A DNA stretch of 64,000 bases from Alphaproteobacteria bacterium. Its GTDB lineage: Bacteria; Pseudomonadota; Alphaproteobacteria; UBA7887. The notes under the pieces were generated by a model that made no database searches, had not been told where the DNA came from, and saw only the letters and a program-made list of their open reading frames with translations. The stretch lies in assembly GCA_965200095.1 (NCBI GenBank), contig OZ241350.1:1912215-1976214 (forward strand). Reading direction: 5' to 3'. How positions within the stretch are numbered: position 1 is the stretch's first letter; every line of letters begins with the position of its first letter. Position numbers and translations under genes: made by a program. Of the stretch, positions 9,116 through 20,114 are shown in pieces.

Positions 9116-10462
9116 ATGGCCGGAGAAGGCGGATTGCGCGCGCCCGAGCGGGTTCCGTTCGCCCGCTCCGACGCCGATTTTCACGATCCGGAGAAGATAG
9201 ACGCCGAACTGCGGCGGGTGTTCGACGTCTGCCACGGCTGTCGCCGCTGTTTCAATCTGTGCGACAGTTTCCCGCGGCTGTTCGACCTGATCGACGAGGC
9301 GCCGACGGGCGAGCTCGATTCGGTGTCGAGCGAAGCGTTCGGGCCGGTGGTCGATGCGTGCACGCTGTGCGACATGTGCTTCATGGTCAGCTGCCCCTAT
9401 GTGCCGCCGCACGAGTTCAACATCGACTTCCCGCATCTGATGTTGCGCCATCGGTCGGCGGCGCTGGCGCGCGGCGAGGCGGGCTTCGCCGACCGCGAGC
9501 TGGCGAAAACCGACCGCAACGGGCGGCTTGCCGGCGCGGTCGCGCCGGCGGCGAACTGGGCGAGCGCGACGGGGAACCGTCTGACCCGCCCGCTCCTCGA
9601 CAAGGCCGCCGGCGTCCACCCGGAGGCGTCGCTGCCGAAATTCCACTTCCGGACGTTCGTCCGGCGCGCGCGGAAGACGAGGGAAGAACCGGCGCAGGCG
9701 CCCGCGCAGGGGCGGCGGGCGGCGCTCTTCGCGACCTGTTTCGTGAACTACAACGAGCCGGGGATCGGCGAGGCGGCGCTCGCGGTGCTGCGGCGCAACG
9801 GCGTGGACGCGACTGTGGCGTATCCCGGCTGCTGCGGGATGCCCAAACTGGAATTGGGCGATTTCGACGATGTGGAGGCGCGGGCGCGGCGCACGGCGGC
9901 GGCCCTGGAGCCGTTGCTCGACGAGGGACGCGAGATCGTGGCGCTCGTGCCGAGCTGCGCGTTGATGCTGAAGAAGGAATGGCCGCTGATCGCGCCCGAC
10001 GACGCGGCGGTGGCGCGGCTGGCGGCGCACACGCGCGACATCTGCGAATACGTCGTGGACATCGCCGGCAGGGAAGGGCTGGCCGGGGGGCTGCGTCCGC
10101 TGGAGGGGGGCATAGCGGTGCATCTCGCGTGCCATGCGCGGGCGCAGAACATCGGGCCGAAGGCGGTGGAGATGCTGCGCCTGATCCCCGACAGCGACAT
10201 CGAGGTTATCGAGCGCTGTTCGGGCCACGGCGGTTCGTGGGGCGTCAAGACCCGCTATTTCGAGACGGCGCTGAAGGTGGGGCGCCCGGCGGCGCGCAAG
10301 GCGCTCGCGGCGGGGAAGGCGTGGCTGGTTTCGGAATGTCCGCTCGCCGGCGAGCATCTCCGCCAGGGGATGGAGCGGCTGGCGGACTCGCCGCCGGCGG
10401 TGGAGCGGGCGCGCCACCCCATCGAGTTGCTGGCGCGCGCTTACGGCGACGGAGCCGCATGA
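9116..10462 (+). CDS. (Fe-S)-binding oxidoreductase with cysteine-rich CCG domains (GlpC/HdrD-like)
   Basis: CHGCRRCFNLCDSFP and CTLCDMCFMVSCP ferredoxin-like cysteine motifs. CCG-type motifs PGCCGMP and ACHARAQ in the C-terminal half. Confidence 0.7.
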   Translation: MAGEGGLRAPERVPFARSDADFHDPEKIDAELRRVFDVCHGCRRCFNLCDSFPRLFDLIDEAPTGELDSVSSEAFGPVVDACTLCDMCFMVSCPYVPPHEFNIDFPHLMLRHRSAALARGEAGFADRELAKTDRNGRLAGAVAPAANWASATGNRLTRPLLDKAAGVHPEASLPKFHFRTFVRRARKTREEPAQAPAQGRRAALFATCFVNYNEPGIGEAALAVLRRNGVDATVAYPGCCGMPKLELGDFDDVEARARRTAAALEPLLDEGREIVALVPSCALMLKKEWPLIAPDDAAVARLAAHTRDICEYVVDIAGREGLAGGLRPLEGGIAVHLACHARAQNIGPKAVEMLRLIPDSDIEVIERCSGHGGSWGVKTRYFETALKVGRPAARKALAAGKAWLVSECPLAGEHLRQGMERLADSPPAVERARHPIELLARAYGDGAA

Positions 10463-11049
10463 TGCCCGCACGGCTGCTGACGCGCGCCGACGTGATGGCG
10501 ATGGAGGACTATGCGGAAGTGCGTCGCGAAAAACGGCGGGCGCTGTCGGCGCTGCGCCGCCTGCGCCGGGTGGAAGTGGGTCCGCACGCCTCGCTGAGTT
10601 TCGAGAACCGCGAGACGGTGTGGATGCAGGTTCACGAGATGCTTTATGTGGAGCGCGGCGGCGAGGCGCAGATCGCCGACGAGCTCGCGGCCTACAACCC
10701 CCTGATCCCGCGCGGGAGCGAGCTGGTGGCGACGCTGATGTTCGAGATCGACGAACCGCGGCGCCGGGCGGCGTTCCTCGGTTCGGCAGGCGGGATCGAA
10801 CGCACTGTGGCGCTGCATATCGGCGACCTGGCGGCGCCGGCGGCGCCGGAAGGGGACATTGAGCGCACGACGGCGGCGGGCAAGGCTTCGGCGGTGCACT
10901 TCCTGCGCTTCGCCCTGACGCCGGACCGGATATCGGCGTTTCGCGACCCGGCGCAGAAGGTCACGGCAGCTATCGCGCATCCGGCCTACGACCATGCCGC
11001 GACGCTCGGCGCCGCCGCGCGCCGGTCGCTGGCCGCCGATCTGGATTGA
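10459..11049 (+). CDS. DUF3501 family protein
   Basis: Start overlaps the upstream stop (ATGA). The rubrerythrin/(Fe-S) CCG protein/DUF3501 arrangement is a conserved cluster. Confidence 0.55.
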   Translation: MMPARLLTRADVMAMEDYAEVRREKRRALSALRRLRRVEVGPHASLSFENRETVWMQVHEMLYVERGGEAQIADELAAYNPLIPRGSELVATLMFEIDEPRRRAAFLGSAGGIERTVALHIGDLAAPAAPEGDIERTTAAGKASAVHFLRFALTPDRISAFRDPAQKVTAAIAHPAYDHAATLGAAARRSLAADLD

Positions 11050-11087
11050 CCGCCGCCGGTCCGAAGGCGGCGCGCGAGGAGGACGCC

Positions 11088-11570
11088 ATGAAGATCGAGG
11101 GGCTGCATCACAACGCTTACCGTTGCCGCGATTCCGAGGAGACGCGGGCGTTCTACGAAGATTTCCTCGGCCTTCCGCTCGCCGAGGCGCTGCCCATCGG
11201 CAAGACCGCGACGGGGCGCCGGGCGCAGGTGTTGCATACGTTCTACCGGATGGGGGACGGCTCGTTTCTGGCGTTTTTCGAGGCGCCCGATGAGCCGTTC
11301 GAGTTCAGGGAACAGCGCGATTTCGACCTGCATATTGCGCTCGAAGTGTCCGGGGGCGACCTGAAAACGGCGTTGCGCAAGGCGCGGGGGGAGGGGATCG
11401 AGGTCCGCGGCCCCACCGACCACGGCGCCATCGAGTCGATCTATCTGCGCGACCCGAACGGCTATGTCATCGAACTGTGCGCCCGGCGGCCGGGTTCCGG
11501 CGGGCCGGAGGCGCCGGCCGGACGGGCGCGGGCGGAGCTCGACGCCTGGCAGGCCGCCAAGGCGGCCTGA
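11088..11570 (+). CDS. VOC (glyoxalase/bleomycin-resistance/dioxygenase) family protein
   Basis: MKIEGLHHNAYRCRDSEETRAFYEDFLGL is a typical VOC N-terminus. Confidence 0.6.
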   Translation: MKIEGLHHNAYRCRDSEETRAFYEDFLGLPLAEALPIGKTATGRRAQVLHTFYRMGDGSFLAFFEAPDEPFEFREQRDFDLHIALEVSGGDLKTALRKARGEGIEVRGPTDHGAIESIYLRDPNGYVIELCARRPGSGGPEAPAGRARAELDAWQAAKAA

Positions 11571-11574
11571 CGCG

Positions 11575-12285
11575 CTACCGCTCGGGAGGAGTGTGGTCGC
11601 CGATGCGGAAGTCCGGCTTGCGGGCCCGTTCCGGGAAATAGAACCAGTCGCGGTCGAAGCGTTCGCCCTGCGCCTCGTCGTAAAGCTGAACGACGGTGAG
11701 AAACCCCTGGGGGTCGACGACTTCCCAGTTCCGCAGGGCGAGCGGCCGCTCGGTGAACACCATGGTCACCGAGCCCTCGTCGGGCGCTTCCTTGTCCCGG
11801 ATGGTGAGGCGCAGCGTCGGTCGCTGCTCTCCGACGCCGTTCACGAGTACGTGTCCATCGCGGCGCTCCACGCCGCTCACGAGCACGTCCTCGAACAGGT
11901 CCACGTTTTCGGCGAGCAGGAAGCGGAAGGGGCCGACCCCGATGGGAATGTGACTCACCTGGTCGAAATCGGCGTCGAAATAGACGAGCCACGTCCCGTC
12001 GGCGACGAGGAGCAGTTCGGTGGGAGGGGAGTATTCGATCCGCGCGAGGCCGGGCCGCCACAACCACAACAGCCCCCTTTCGAGGCTGCCGTCATGATTG
12101 GTCTGGAGGAAACGCGCGCGGACCGTGGGCAGTTCGTCGAGATAGTGCTGCACCTCGTGGATGGTCTGGGCGTCGGGGAAGCTCCAGCGCTGCGGCTGCA
12201 GCTCCTGCGCGGCGGCGGGGGAGAGGGCGGCGACCGCGAGGGCGGCGGCCCCCGGCAGCCAGCGGACGAAAGGCGCGACGGTCAT
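11575..12285 (-). CDS. lolA: outer-membrane lipoprotein carrier protein LolA
   Basis: Signal peptide, then ARFLQTNHDGSLERGLLWLWRPGLARIEYSPPTELLLVADGTWLVYFD, which fits the LolA fold signature. Lies downstream of ftsK, the conserved ftsK-lolA order. Confidence 0.65.
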   Translation of the reverse strand: MTVAPFVRWLPGAAALAVAALSPAAAQELQPQRWSFPDAQTIHEVQHYLDELPTVRARFLQTNHDGSLERGLLWLWRPGLARIEYSPPTELLLVADGTWLVYFDADFDQVSHIPIGVGPFRFLLAENVDLFEDVLVSGVERRDGHVLVNGVGEQRPTLRLTIRDKEAPDEGSVTMVFTERPLALRNWEVVDPQGFLTVVQLYDEAQGERFDRDWFYFPERARKPDFRIGDHTPPER

Positions 12286-12385
12286 GGCGCTGCATATGCC
12301 TTGCCGCGCGCGCCGACGCAAGGGAACTGCGGCTCTCATTACGGCGGCGGACGCTTCCCCTTAAGCGCCGGGGCGCGCGGGGCGG

Positions 12386-14815
12386 TCAGGCGTCGCCGCC
12401 GGGGTCGGGGAGGAGCACCTCGCGCTTGCCGACATGGTTGGCGCGGCCGACCATGCCTTCGGATTCCATGCGCTCGATGATCTTCGCGGCGCGGTTGTAG
12501 CCGATGGACAGGTGGCGCTGGATGAAACTGGTGGACGCCTTGCGCTCGCGCGCAACGAGGGCGACGGCGCGGTCGAACAGATCGTCGCCCGACGAGCCCT
12601 CGCCGCCGGCGGCGGCGTCGGAGGAGTCGCCTTCGGCGTCCTCGGTGATCGAATCGAGATAGTCGGGCGCGCCCTGTTCGCGCAGGCGGTCGGCCACGGC
12701 CTCGACCTCCTCGTCGGCGACGAAGGGGCCGTGCACCCGCGCCGTTTTGCCGCCGCCGGCCATGTAGAGCATGTCGCCCATGCCGAGCAGCTGCTCGGCG
12801 CCCTGTTCGCCGAGAATGGTCCGGCTGTCGATCTTGGAGGTGACCTGAAAACTGATCCGGGTCGGCAGGTTGGCCTTGATGGTCCCGGTGATGACATCGA
12901 CCGAGGGCCGCTGGGTGGCGACGATGAGATGGATGCCCGCGGCGCGCGCCTTCTGGGCGAGGCTCTGGATCGCGACCTCGATATCCTTGCCGGCGACGAG
13001 CATGAGGTCCGCGACCTCGTCGACGACAACGACGATATAGGGCAGGGGCGTCATGTCGAAGGGCTGGGACTCGTACACGGGGCGGCCGGTTTCGGGGTCG
13101 AAGCCGGTCTGGACGGTGCGTTCGAGGGTCTCGCCGCGCGCCGCCGCGTCGCCGATGCGCCGGTTGTAGCCGGCGATGTTGCGCACGTTGAGATGGGACA
13201 TGAGGCGGTAGCGCGCGTTCATTTCCTTGACCGCCCACTTCAGCGCGACGACCGCTTTCGCGGGGTCCGTGACGACCGGGTGCAGGAGGTGCGGGATGTC
13301 GTCGTAGACCGACAGTTCGAGCATTTTCGGGTCGATCATGATCATCCGGCACTGCTCCGGGCGGAGACGGTAGAGCAGCGACAGGATCATGCTGTTCACG
13401 GCGACCGACTTGCCGGAGCCGGTGGTCCCGGCGATCAGCAGGTGGGGCATGCGCCCGAGATCGGCGACGACCGGCGTCCCCGAAATGTCCTTGCCCAGGA
13501 CGATGGGGAGCGCGGCGTCCTTGCGCGCATATTCGGGCGCCGCAAGCAGACCCCGCAGATAGACGATCTCGCGGTGTTCGTTGGGCAGTTCGATGCCGAT
13601 GGCGTTGCGCCCCGGTATGACGGCGACGCGGGCCGAAACCGCGCTCATCGAACGCGCGATGTCGTCGGCGAGGGCGACGACCCGCGCGGCGCGGGTGCCG
13701 GGCGCCGGTTCGAGCTCGTAGCGGGTGACGACGGGGCCGTGGCTCACACGCACGATGTCGCCGCGCACGCCGAAGTCGCGCAGCACGCCGCCGAGCGCTT
13801 CGGCGTTGCGCGCGAGCGTTTCCTCGCCGGGGCCGGAGTCCGCCTCTCCCCCGCCCTCGGCCAGAAGATCGAGCGGCGGCAACCGGAACTCCGTTTCGCG
13901 TTCCCGGCGCGCGCCGGCGTCCGTAGCGGCGGCGGGCGTTTGCAGTGGCGGCGCTTCGTTAGCGACGGGCGCGGGCGCAGCGTCGGGTCCGGCCGCCGGA
14001 GGCTCGAAAATCTCGACCTCGACCTCGCGTGCGTCGGGGATGTCGACGATGGGCGGCTCCGTAACCGGCGCCGGGGTCGCCTGAGGCCAGACTTCGATTT
14101 GCGCTATCGGCGCCCTGGGCGCCGCTGCGGGTTCCGCCGCGGGGGGCGCTATGGGCAATGCGTCGCGTCGCTGCCGCGCGCGCCGGTACGCCCATACGGC
14201 GGCGCTGTGCGGCGGCGCCGCCACGCCGGCGGCGATCCGGCGCCATTCGCGGCGCGACAGCGCCGTGGCGAGAGCGGCGGCGCCGAGCCCGGCCGCCAGC
14301 ACGGGAAGCATGACGAGAATGCGGGGCAGGCCGATGTCGTTCGCGAGGACGGCGAGGCGCGCCGCAAGCAAGCTCCCGACGAGGCCGCCGGCGCCGCCCG
14401 GCGCCGGCCACCGGGCGGACGGCAGCGCGAGCGCGAGCGCCGCCGGCAGAACGAGAAGCGCCGCCGCCAGGGCGGTGAAACGGAGCCACGGATCGTCGAG
14501 GCGGGCATGACGCCACAACCGCCAGCCCCACGCGAAAACGACGGCGGGCAGCACGGCGGCGGCGGCGCCGAAACTTTGCAGCGCGAGGTCCGCGCCCCAG
14601 GCGCCGCCGCGGCCGAGCCAGTTGGCGGCGGCGTCGCCGCTCGCGGTGTTCCAGGAGGGGTCCGCCGGGTCGTAGGACAACAGCGCCGCCAGCCCGAGCG
14701 TGGCGCCGACCGCCAGGCCGATGCCGGACGCGTCGACGGCGCGGCGGCGAATGCGTTCGCCGAGTCCGGCGGGCAAAAGAGGGACCTTGCGCGGGTTCGC
14801 CGTTCGAGTCGTCAC
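12386..14815 (-). CDS. ftsK: DNA translocase FtsK
   Basis: N-terminal TM segments. Pro/Ala-rich linker. Motor domain with Walker A GTTGSGKS and [12 protein letters not shown]-terminal winged-helix domain. GTG start after AGGAGG. Confidence 0.9.
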   Translation of the reverse strand: MTTRTANPRKVPLLPAGLGERIRRRAVDASGIGLAVGATLGLAALLSYDPADPSWNTASGDAAANWLGRGGAWGADLALQSFGAAAAVLPAVVFAWGWRLWRHARLDDPWLRFTALAAALLVLPAALALALPSARWPAPGGAGGLVGSLLAARLAVLANDIGLPRILVMLPVLAAGLGAAALATALSRREWRRIAAGVAAPPHSAAVWAYRRARQRRDALPIAPPAAEPAAAPRAPIAQIEVWPQATPAPVTEPPIVDIPDAREVEVEIFEPPAAGPDAAPAPVANEAPPLQTPAAATDAGARRERETEFRLPPLDLLAEGGGEADSGPGEETLARNAEALGGVLRDFGVRGDIVRVSHGPVVTRYELEPAPGTRAARVVALADDIARSMSAVSARVAVIPGRNAIGIELPNEHREIVYLRGLLAAPEYARKDAALPIVLGKDISGTPVVADLGRMPHLLIAGTTGSGKSVAVNSMILSLLYRLRPEQCRMIMIDPKMLELSVYDDIPHLLHPVVTDPAKAVVALKWAVKEMNARYRLMSHLNVRNIAGYNRRIGDAAARGETLERTVQTGFDPETGRPVYESQPFDMTPLPYIVVVVDEVADLMLVAGKDIEVAIQSLAQKARAAGIHLIVATQRPSVDVITGTIKANLPTRISFQVTSKIDSRTILGEQGAEQLLGMGDMLYMAGGGKTARVHGPFVADEEVEAVADRLREQGAPDYLDSITEDAEGDSSDAAAGGEGSSGDDLFDRAVALVARERKASTSFIQRHLSIGYNRAAKIIERMESEGMVGRANHVGKREVLLPDPGGDA

Positions 14816-14826
14816 CGGAAACCTCC

Positions 14827-16014
14827 TCACAGGACGGCCGCGACGCGCGACAACGCCGCGTCGACGACCGACGGTTCGTGCACCAACGCCATACGAATAT
14901 AGGACGCGCCGGGGTCCTGTCTCCGGCGCCCGATCGCGCGGCTGAGATAGCTGCCGGGCATGACCTTGACGCCGGCCTCGGCCCACAGACGTCGGGCGGC
15001 GGCCTCGCCGTCGCCGACATCGAGCCACAGGTAGAAGCCGCCGTCGGGCCGGTAAAAGCCGCAACGCCCGGCGAGATGGCGCGCCGCGATGTCGAATTTG
15101 CGGCGGTAGAGCGCGCGGCTGCGCTCCACATGCGCCTCGTCGCGCCACAGCGCCGCCGCGGCGGCCATGACGGGAAGGGGACTCGCGCCCCCGCTATAGC
15201 CGCGCAGCCGTGCGTAATCGGCCATCAGCCGCGCGTCGCCGGCGATGAAACCCGAGCGCAGCCCCGGCGCGTTCGAGCGTTTCGACAGCGAATGGAACGC
15301 CAGGACGCGGTCGAAACCGTCGTCGCGGCAAACCTCGAAAACGCCCGGTGGCGGGGCGGCGGAGTAGATGTCGCCGTAGCAGGCGTCGACGGCGAGTACG
15401 AAATCGTGTCGTCGGGCAAGGGCGACGAGCCGGCGCAGATAGTCGAGACTGGCCACCGCGCCCTGCGGGTTTGCGGGGCTGCACAGATAGGCGAGCGCGG
15501 CGCGGCGCAACAGCGAGTCCGGAAGGGCCTCGAAATCCGGCAGGAAGCCGTTTTCGGCTGTCGCGGAAAGGAACACGGGTTCGGCCCCGGCGAGGACCGC
15601 GGCGCCGGCATAGACCTGATAGAACGGGTTGGGCATGAGCACCGCGGGGCGTTCGCCGCCGACGGCGCCGGGAACCGCAAGCAGCGCAACGGTGAACAGC
15701 GCCTCTCGCGTGCCGTTGCAGGGCAGGATATGAGCGTCGGGGTCGACGCTCTCCCCGGGCAGGGCGTAGCGGCGGACGAGCCATTCGGCGCAAGCGGCGC
15801 GCAGGTCGGCAGTTCCGGGAGTGGGCGGATAGCGGCCCCAGCCGGCGGCGTTGGCGGCGAGCGTTTCCGCCACGAGTCCGGGGACGGGATGCCGGGGTTC
15901 GCCGATCGACATGACGACGGGTTCGACATCGGGCGGCGGCGCCGCGCCGTCGAGGAGCGCGGCGAGACGCCGGAACGGGTAGTCGCGGAGCGCCGCCAGA
16001 CGGTCGTTGATCAT
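14827..16014 (-). CDS. class I/II PLP-dependent aminotransferase
   Basis: [18 protein letters not shown]-terminus and the [18 protein letters not shown]-lysine region. The ORF-track N-terminal extension to 16320 is a translation of repeat elements. Confidence 0.75.
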   Translation of the reverse strand: MINDRLAALRDYPFRRLAALLDGAAPPPDVEPVVMSIGEPRHPVPGLVAETLAANAAGWGRYPPTPGTADLRAACAEWLVRRYALPGESVDPDAHILPCNGTREALFTVALLAVPGAVGGERPAVLMPNPFYQVYAGAAVLAGAEPVFLSATAENGFLPDFEALPDSLLRRAALAYLCSPANPQGAVASLDYLRRLVALARRHDFVLAVDACYGDIYSAAPPPGVFEVCRDDGFDRVLAFHSLSKRSNAPGLRSGFIAGDARLMADYARLRGYSGGASPLPVMAAAAALWRDEAHVERSRALYRRKFDIAARHLAGRCGFYRPDGGFYLWLDVGDGEAAARRLWAEAGVKVMPGSYLSRAIGRRRQDPGASYIRMALVHEPSVVDAALSRVAAVL

Positions 16015-16059
16015 CGTGGGGGCCCCGGCGTTCCCGCCCCCCGATCGGGCGAAGGGATC

Positions 16060-16320
16060 AAAACATCTCGCTATTCTCCATCGTTCCCGCGAAAAAGAGT
16101 GTGAAGAAATCGAACGGCCATACAAATACTCGTCATTCCCGCGAAAGCGGGAATCCATTGCGGCGTTTCCGCAAGAATAAAGACGAATTAGTCTTTCGGA
16201 TGTCCGCTCTGGATTCCCGCTTTCGCGGGAATGACGAAGAGCAGTGCGATCGCTCGATTTCTTCACACGCTCTTTCGCGGGAATGACGAAGTGAGGCGAG
16301 TTTATCCAGTCCCCTCGCAC
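16060..16320. repeat. second cluster of the ATTCCCGCGAAAGCGGGAAT palindromic repeat family
   Basis: Nearly identical to the 7075-7330 element pair, in direct and inverted copies. Confidence 0.8.
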
Positions 16321-16476
16321 ATTATTTCACGGCAATGCCGTCGACTGTCCCTCCGGCCCGATTTCTCCACACACCCTTTCGCGGGAACGAGAGAGTTCCA
16401 GGGTTTCACGGCTTCGGTCTTCCGGCGCGCGGCCTTTTTGCGCCCGTCCCGGTCGCCGGGCGCGCTGCGCATCCTT

Positions 16477-17874
16477 CTACGGCGTGCGGGCGCCCGACGC
16501 AAGCGCGCCCGGAACGGCGCGGCGGTTTCGGACCAGCGCTTTTTCGATCGCCGCGCCGACGCGCAGCAGGCGCGCGTCGTCGCCCGCCGGCGCCATCGCC
16601 ATCAGACCCGCAGGGCCGCCGTCGCAGGGCAGGGTGAGGGCGCAGCACGGCAGCACATTGCCGATGCGGGTGTTGCGCAGGGCCAGGGCGTTGGCGCGCG
16701 CATAGGCGTCGCGGTCGTCGCGCAACGCAGCGAGCGGCGGCGGCAGGATCGGCGAGGTGGGCGCGAGCACCGCATCGAACGCCGCCATGCGGCGATACAG
16801 GGCGGGCGCGAGGCGACGCGCCGCGGCGCGCGCGGTCTCGATGTCGGCGGCGCTCATGGCGCGGCCCTGATGGAAGCGGGCGAGCACATCGGGGTCGATG
16901 TCCGCCGGGCGCCCGTCGATGAATTCGCGCCACTGGACATAGCCTTCGGCGGTGACGATGCCGCCGTGACTGTCGAGGCAGGAGTCGATTTCGGCGAATT
17001 CGGGAACCGCGCCGCGCTCCACGGCGGCGCCGGCCGCGGCGAGCGCCGCGATGGCGTTCTCGACGGCGTCCGCAATGGCGGGGTCGATCGAATCCCACAC
17101 CCTGCCCGTCGCGACGAGAAGCCTGAGCCCGTCCGGCGCCGCCTGCGCGAGGTCGATGGCGGGGCGCGCCGCGAGCACGGCGAAGAGCGCCGCCGCATCC
17201 GCTGTGTCGACGCACAGGGGGCCGACGGTGTCGAGCGTCGGCGACAGCGGGAGGACCCCCTCGGTGGGGATGGCGCCGAAAGAGGTCTTGAGGCCGACGA
17301 GGCCGTTCCACGCCGCCGGAATGCGCACCGAACCGCCGGTGTCGGACCCGACGGCGGCGGCGGCCAGGCGGCGCGCGACCGAGAGCGCGGCGCCGCTGGA
17401 CGACCCGCCCGGGGCGCGCGGCGCGTCGGTGGCGACGGCGTTCGGCGGCGTGCCCGTTACCGGGTTGACGCCGATGCCGCCGAGAGCGAATTGCACGGTG
17501 TTCGTCTTGCCGAGGCAGACGAGACCGGCGCGGGCGCCGCGCGCCACGACCTCCGCATCGCGGTCGGGGACTCTCCCCGCAAGCAACGGCGTGCCCATTT
17601 CGGTCGCGCAGCCGGCGGTATCGAAAATGTCCTTCCACGAAACCGGCACGCCGTCGAGGCGGCTGGCGCGGCGCCCCTCGGCGGCGCGGCCGGCGGCCGC
17701 TTCGGCTTCCGCCTCGGCGCGGTCGCGGGTCGTGCGCAGAAAGACGATGCGGTCCGGGTCTTGCGCGTCGATGCGGTCGAAATAGCGGGCGCACAGGTCG
17801 CGCGGGTCGACCTCGCCGCGGGCGATGGCGTCGCCCTGCGCGCAGGCGGTGAGTGTGTGCCAGTCCGGGGTCAT
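16477..17874 (-). CDS. amidase (amidase-signature family)
   Basis: GGSSSGAALSVA and GSDTGGSVRIPAAWNGLVGLKTSFG signature. Confidence 0.8.
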   Translation of the reverse strand: MTPDWHTLTACAQGDAIARGEVDPRDLCARYFDRIDAQDPDRIVFLRTTRDRAEAEAEAAAGRAAEGRRASRLDGVPVSWKDIFDTAGCATEMGTPLLAGRVPDRDAEVVARGARAGLVCLGKTNTVQFALGGIGVNPVTGTPPNAVATDAPRAPGGSSSGAALSVARRLAAAAVGSDTGGSVRIPAAWNGLVGLKTSFGAIPTEGVLPLSPTLDTVGPLCVDTADAAALFAVLAARPAIDLAQAAPDGLRLLVATGRVWDSIDPAIADAVENAIAALAAAGAAVERGAVPEFAEIDSCLDSHGGIVTAEGYVQWREFIDGRPADIDPDVLARFHQGRAMSAADIETARAAARRLAPALYRRMAAFDAVLAPTSPILPPPLAALRDDRDAYARANALALRNTRIGNVLPCCALTLPCDGGPAGLMAMAPAGDDARLLRVGAAIEKALVRNRRAVPGALASGARTP

Positions 17875-17923
17875 GGGGGCGCAGCGTAGCGTCGGCGGCG
17901 GCCGCGCGCTACACGCCTTGCCG

Positions 17924-18853
17924 TCAGGCTTCGGCGCCGCGCAACAGCTTGTCGGCGAGGCCGGTTATGAGCGGCGCGTGGGCGACGCGACTCCGCCAGC
18001 GCTCCGGGATGCCGTCCAGACCCCAAAAGGCGCCGGCGATCTGGCCGTAGATGGCGGCGGTGGTGTCCGCGTCGTTGCCCAGATTGGCGGCGAGCAGGCA
18101 TCCATGCTCGAAATTCTCCGCCCGGGCGAACGCCCACAGCGCCGCCTCCAGGGACTTCACGACATAGCCGGAACCGACGATCTCCGGCGGCTGCCGGCGC
18201 AGGAAGGAGCCGCCCGCGACCTCGTCGACCTCCGCGCACAGCGGCGTTCGCTCCCAAATTCCGGGGGCGGGGGCATAACGCGGCGAAAGCAACTCGTCCT
18301 TCGTCGCGCCGTTTGCGGCGCCGACGAGCAACCCGCCGAAATAGCGGCAGGCGTCGATGCAGGTTTCCGCGCCGTGCGTCGTGCGCGAACTGTCCCCGCT
18401 CAGACCGATGGCGCGTTCCGCGTCCGCCGCGAAGAACAGCGGGACCGGCGCGAGCCGCATGAGACTTCCGTTTCCGGCGGAATGCGGGTCCGCGACGCCG
18501 GCGAGCGGGTCGCCGGTCCTCCGGTAACGCGTCAGCGAGGCCAGCGTCGTGGCGCCGATGTCGAAACACGCGCCGGTGCTGCTCAAATGACCGTCCCGCT
18601 GCCAGCGGACGTAGCGGTCCATCTGGTCCGCGGGGTCGAACCCGCCGCATTCGGACAGGCTTTCCGCCAGACACAGCGCCATCGATGTGTCGTCGGTCCA
18701 CTCGCCGGGACGCAGGTCGAACGGCCCGCCTCCGACCATGTCGGAGAGGGGTTCGAAACTGCCCGGACGCTTGAACTCCAGCGTTGTGCCCACCGCATCG
18801 CCGGTCGCCAGCCCCATCAGGCAGCCGCGCCAGCGTTCTCGTCGCCGGATCAT
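17924..18853 (-). CDS. ADP-ribosylglycohydrolase family protein (DraG-like)
   Basis: GLATGDAVGTTLEF, GEWTDDTSMALCL and GNDADTTAAIYGQIAGA motifs. The start was trimmed from ORF 17924..19525 to MIRRRERW. Confidence 0.7.
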   Translation of the reverse strand: MIRRRERWRGCLMGLATGDAVGTTLEFKRPGSFEPLSDMVGGGPFDLRPGEWTDDTSMALCLAESLSECGGFDPADQMDRYVRWQRDGHLSSTGACFDIGATTLASLTRYRRTGDPLAGVADPHSAGNGSLMRLAPVPLFFAADAERAIGLSGDSSRTTHGAETCIDACRYFGGLLVGAANGATKDELLSPRYAPAPGIWERTPLCAEVDEVAGGSFLRRQPPEIVGSGYVVKSLEAALWAFARAENFEHGCLLAANLGNDADTTAAIYGQIAGAFWGLDGIPERWRSRVAHAPLITGLADKLLRGAEA

Positions 18854-19337
18854 CGCTTGCCTCCCCGCATCGTCGCGTCCTCGCACCGGCGCAGAATATA
18901 CTTTCCCGCTCCGGAGTTTGCGGCGAGCGCGGCCGGATGCGCGATTTCGGACACGCCCGCGACAAGATCCGAAGCCCCGCCGGTCCTTCCCGCCCGGACC
19001 CGCGCCGGCGGGCCGGACGGCGCCCGACGATGACGCCCATGCGCCCGATGCCGCCCATTGGGCACAGGAAGCGGTTCGCCTTCTTCGGCGAGGTCGACGA
19101 ACGGACCGACTCCGGCGCGTTTCGGCGCCGTTGCCTTCACGGCGGACGATTGGTCGTCCAGGTCCCGCGGATACTCGCCTCGAAACGGTTCTTGCGGTGC
19201 GCCGCCATGTCCATGAGAACCCGGCGAAGGCTTTCAATGCGGCGCGGCGGACAGGTGGCGATGGTCGCCGAGAGGAAATTTGCGCCGCCGCCGTATAATG
19301 AAAACCGCCGGTCGTCCGCCGGCGCGGGGGAGCGAGA

Positions 19338-20114
19338 ATGGCGTTCGTCGAAGTCGCCGATGCCGACGGGGTCCGCACGGTCACGCTGAACCGGCCCGCG
19401 GCGCGCAATGCTGTCCATGCCGCCATGCGCGCCGAAATTCGCGCCGCCCTCGCGACGGTCGACGACGACCCCGCCATTCGCGCCGTCGTCGTGACCGGCG
19501 CCGGAGCGGCGTTCTGCGCCGGCAACGACCTCGCGGAAACGCGCAGCCTCGACGCCGCGAACTGCGCCGCCTGGGTGGAGGACCTGCGGCGCCATCACGA
19601 CGCGGTCCGCAACCTCGACAAACCCTGCGTCGCCGCCGTCAACGGCGTCGCCGCCGGCGCCGGATTGCAGATCGCGCTGCTCTGCGACCTGCGCCTCGGC
19701 CAGCCCGCGACGCTCATCGGCCAGCCGGAAATCAATGTCGGCCTCGCCAGCGTCATCGGCGTGCAATTGATGGAACTCGCACTCGGCCACGCCCGCACGC
19801 AGGACCTCGCGCTTTCCGGCCGTCTCGTCGCCGCCGAAGAGGCGCTGCGGATCGGCCTCCTGAACCGCATCCACCCCGCCGACGCGCTGCTGCGGGAGGC
19901 GGCGGGCGCGGCGCGCTTCCTTGCCGACCGCCCGCCCAACGCCTTCCGTCTGTCGAAGCGCCGATTGCGCGAAATGACCCGCGCCGCCTACGAATCCGCC
20001 TTCGAAGCCGCTCTCCGACTTCAGCGCGAGGCCTATGAAAGCGGCGAGCCGCAAGCCGTCATGGCGCGCTTTTTCGACCGTCGGAAGCGGGAAGGGGAGT
20101 CGGCTCGACCCTGA
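19338..20114 (+). CDS. enoyl-CoA hydratase/isomerase family protein
   Basis: Crotonase-fold motifs VVTGAGAAFCAGNDL and AAVNGVAAGAGLQIALLCDLR. Confidence 0.8.
   Translation: MAFVEVADADGVRTVTLNRPAARNAVHAAMRAEIRAALATVDDDPAIRAVVVTGAGAAFCAGNDLAETRSLDAANCAAWVEDLRRHHDAVRNLDKPCVAAVNGVAAGAGLQIALLCDLRLGQPATLIGQPEINVGLASVIGVQLMELALGHARTQDLALSGRLVAAEEALRIGLLNRIHPADALLREAAGAARFLADRPPNAFRLSKRRLREMTRAAYESAFEAALRLQREAYESGEPQAVMARFFDRRKREGESARP

Noticed and set aside
9259-11049. 596-aa ORF spanning the CCG protein and DUF3501
   Set aside because: Its first about 400 aa are an alternative frame of the Fe-S protein gene (Arg/Gly-rich). Only the last 197 aa (from 10459) correspond to the real DUF3501 gene.
12434-14902. 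822-aa plus-strand ORF opposite ftsK
   Set aside because: It is the mirror frame of a gene with unmistakable FtsK motifs. Its composition is dominated by G/R/D/A.
16231-17889. 552-aa plus-strand ORF over the amidase locus
   Set aside because: It is antisense to a gene with a clear amidase signature. It begins inside repeat elements.
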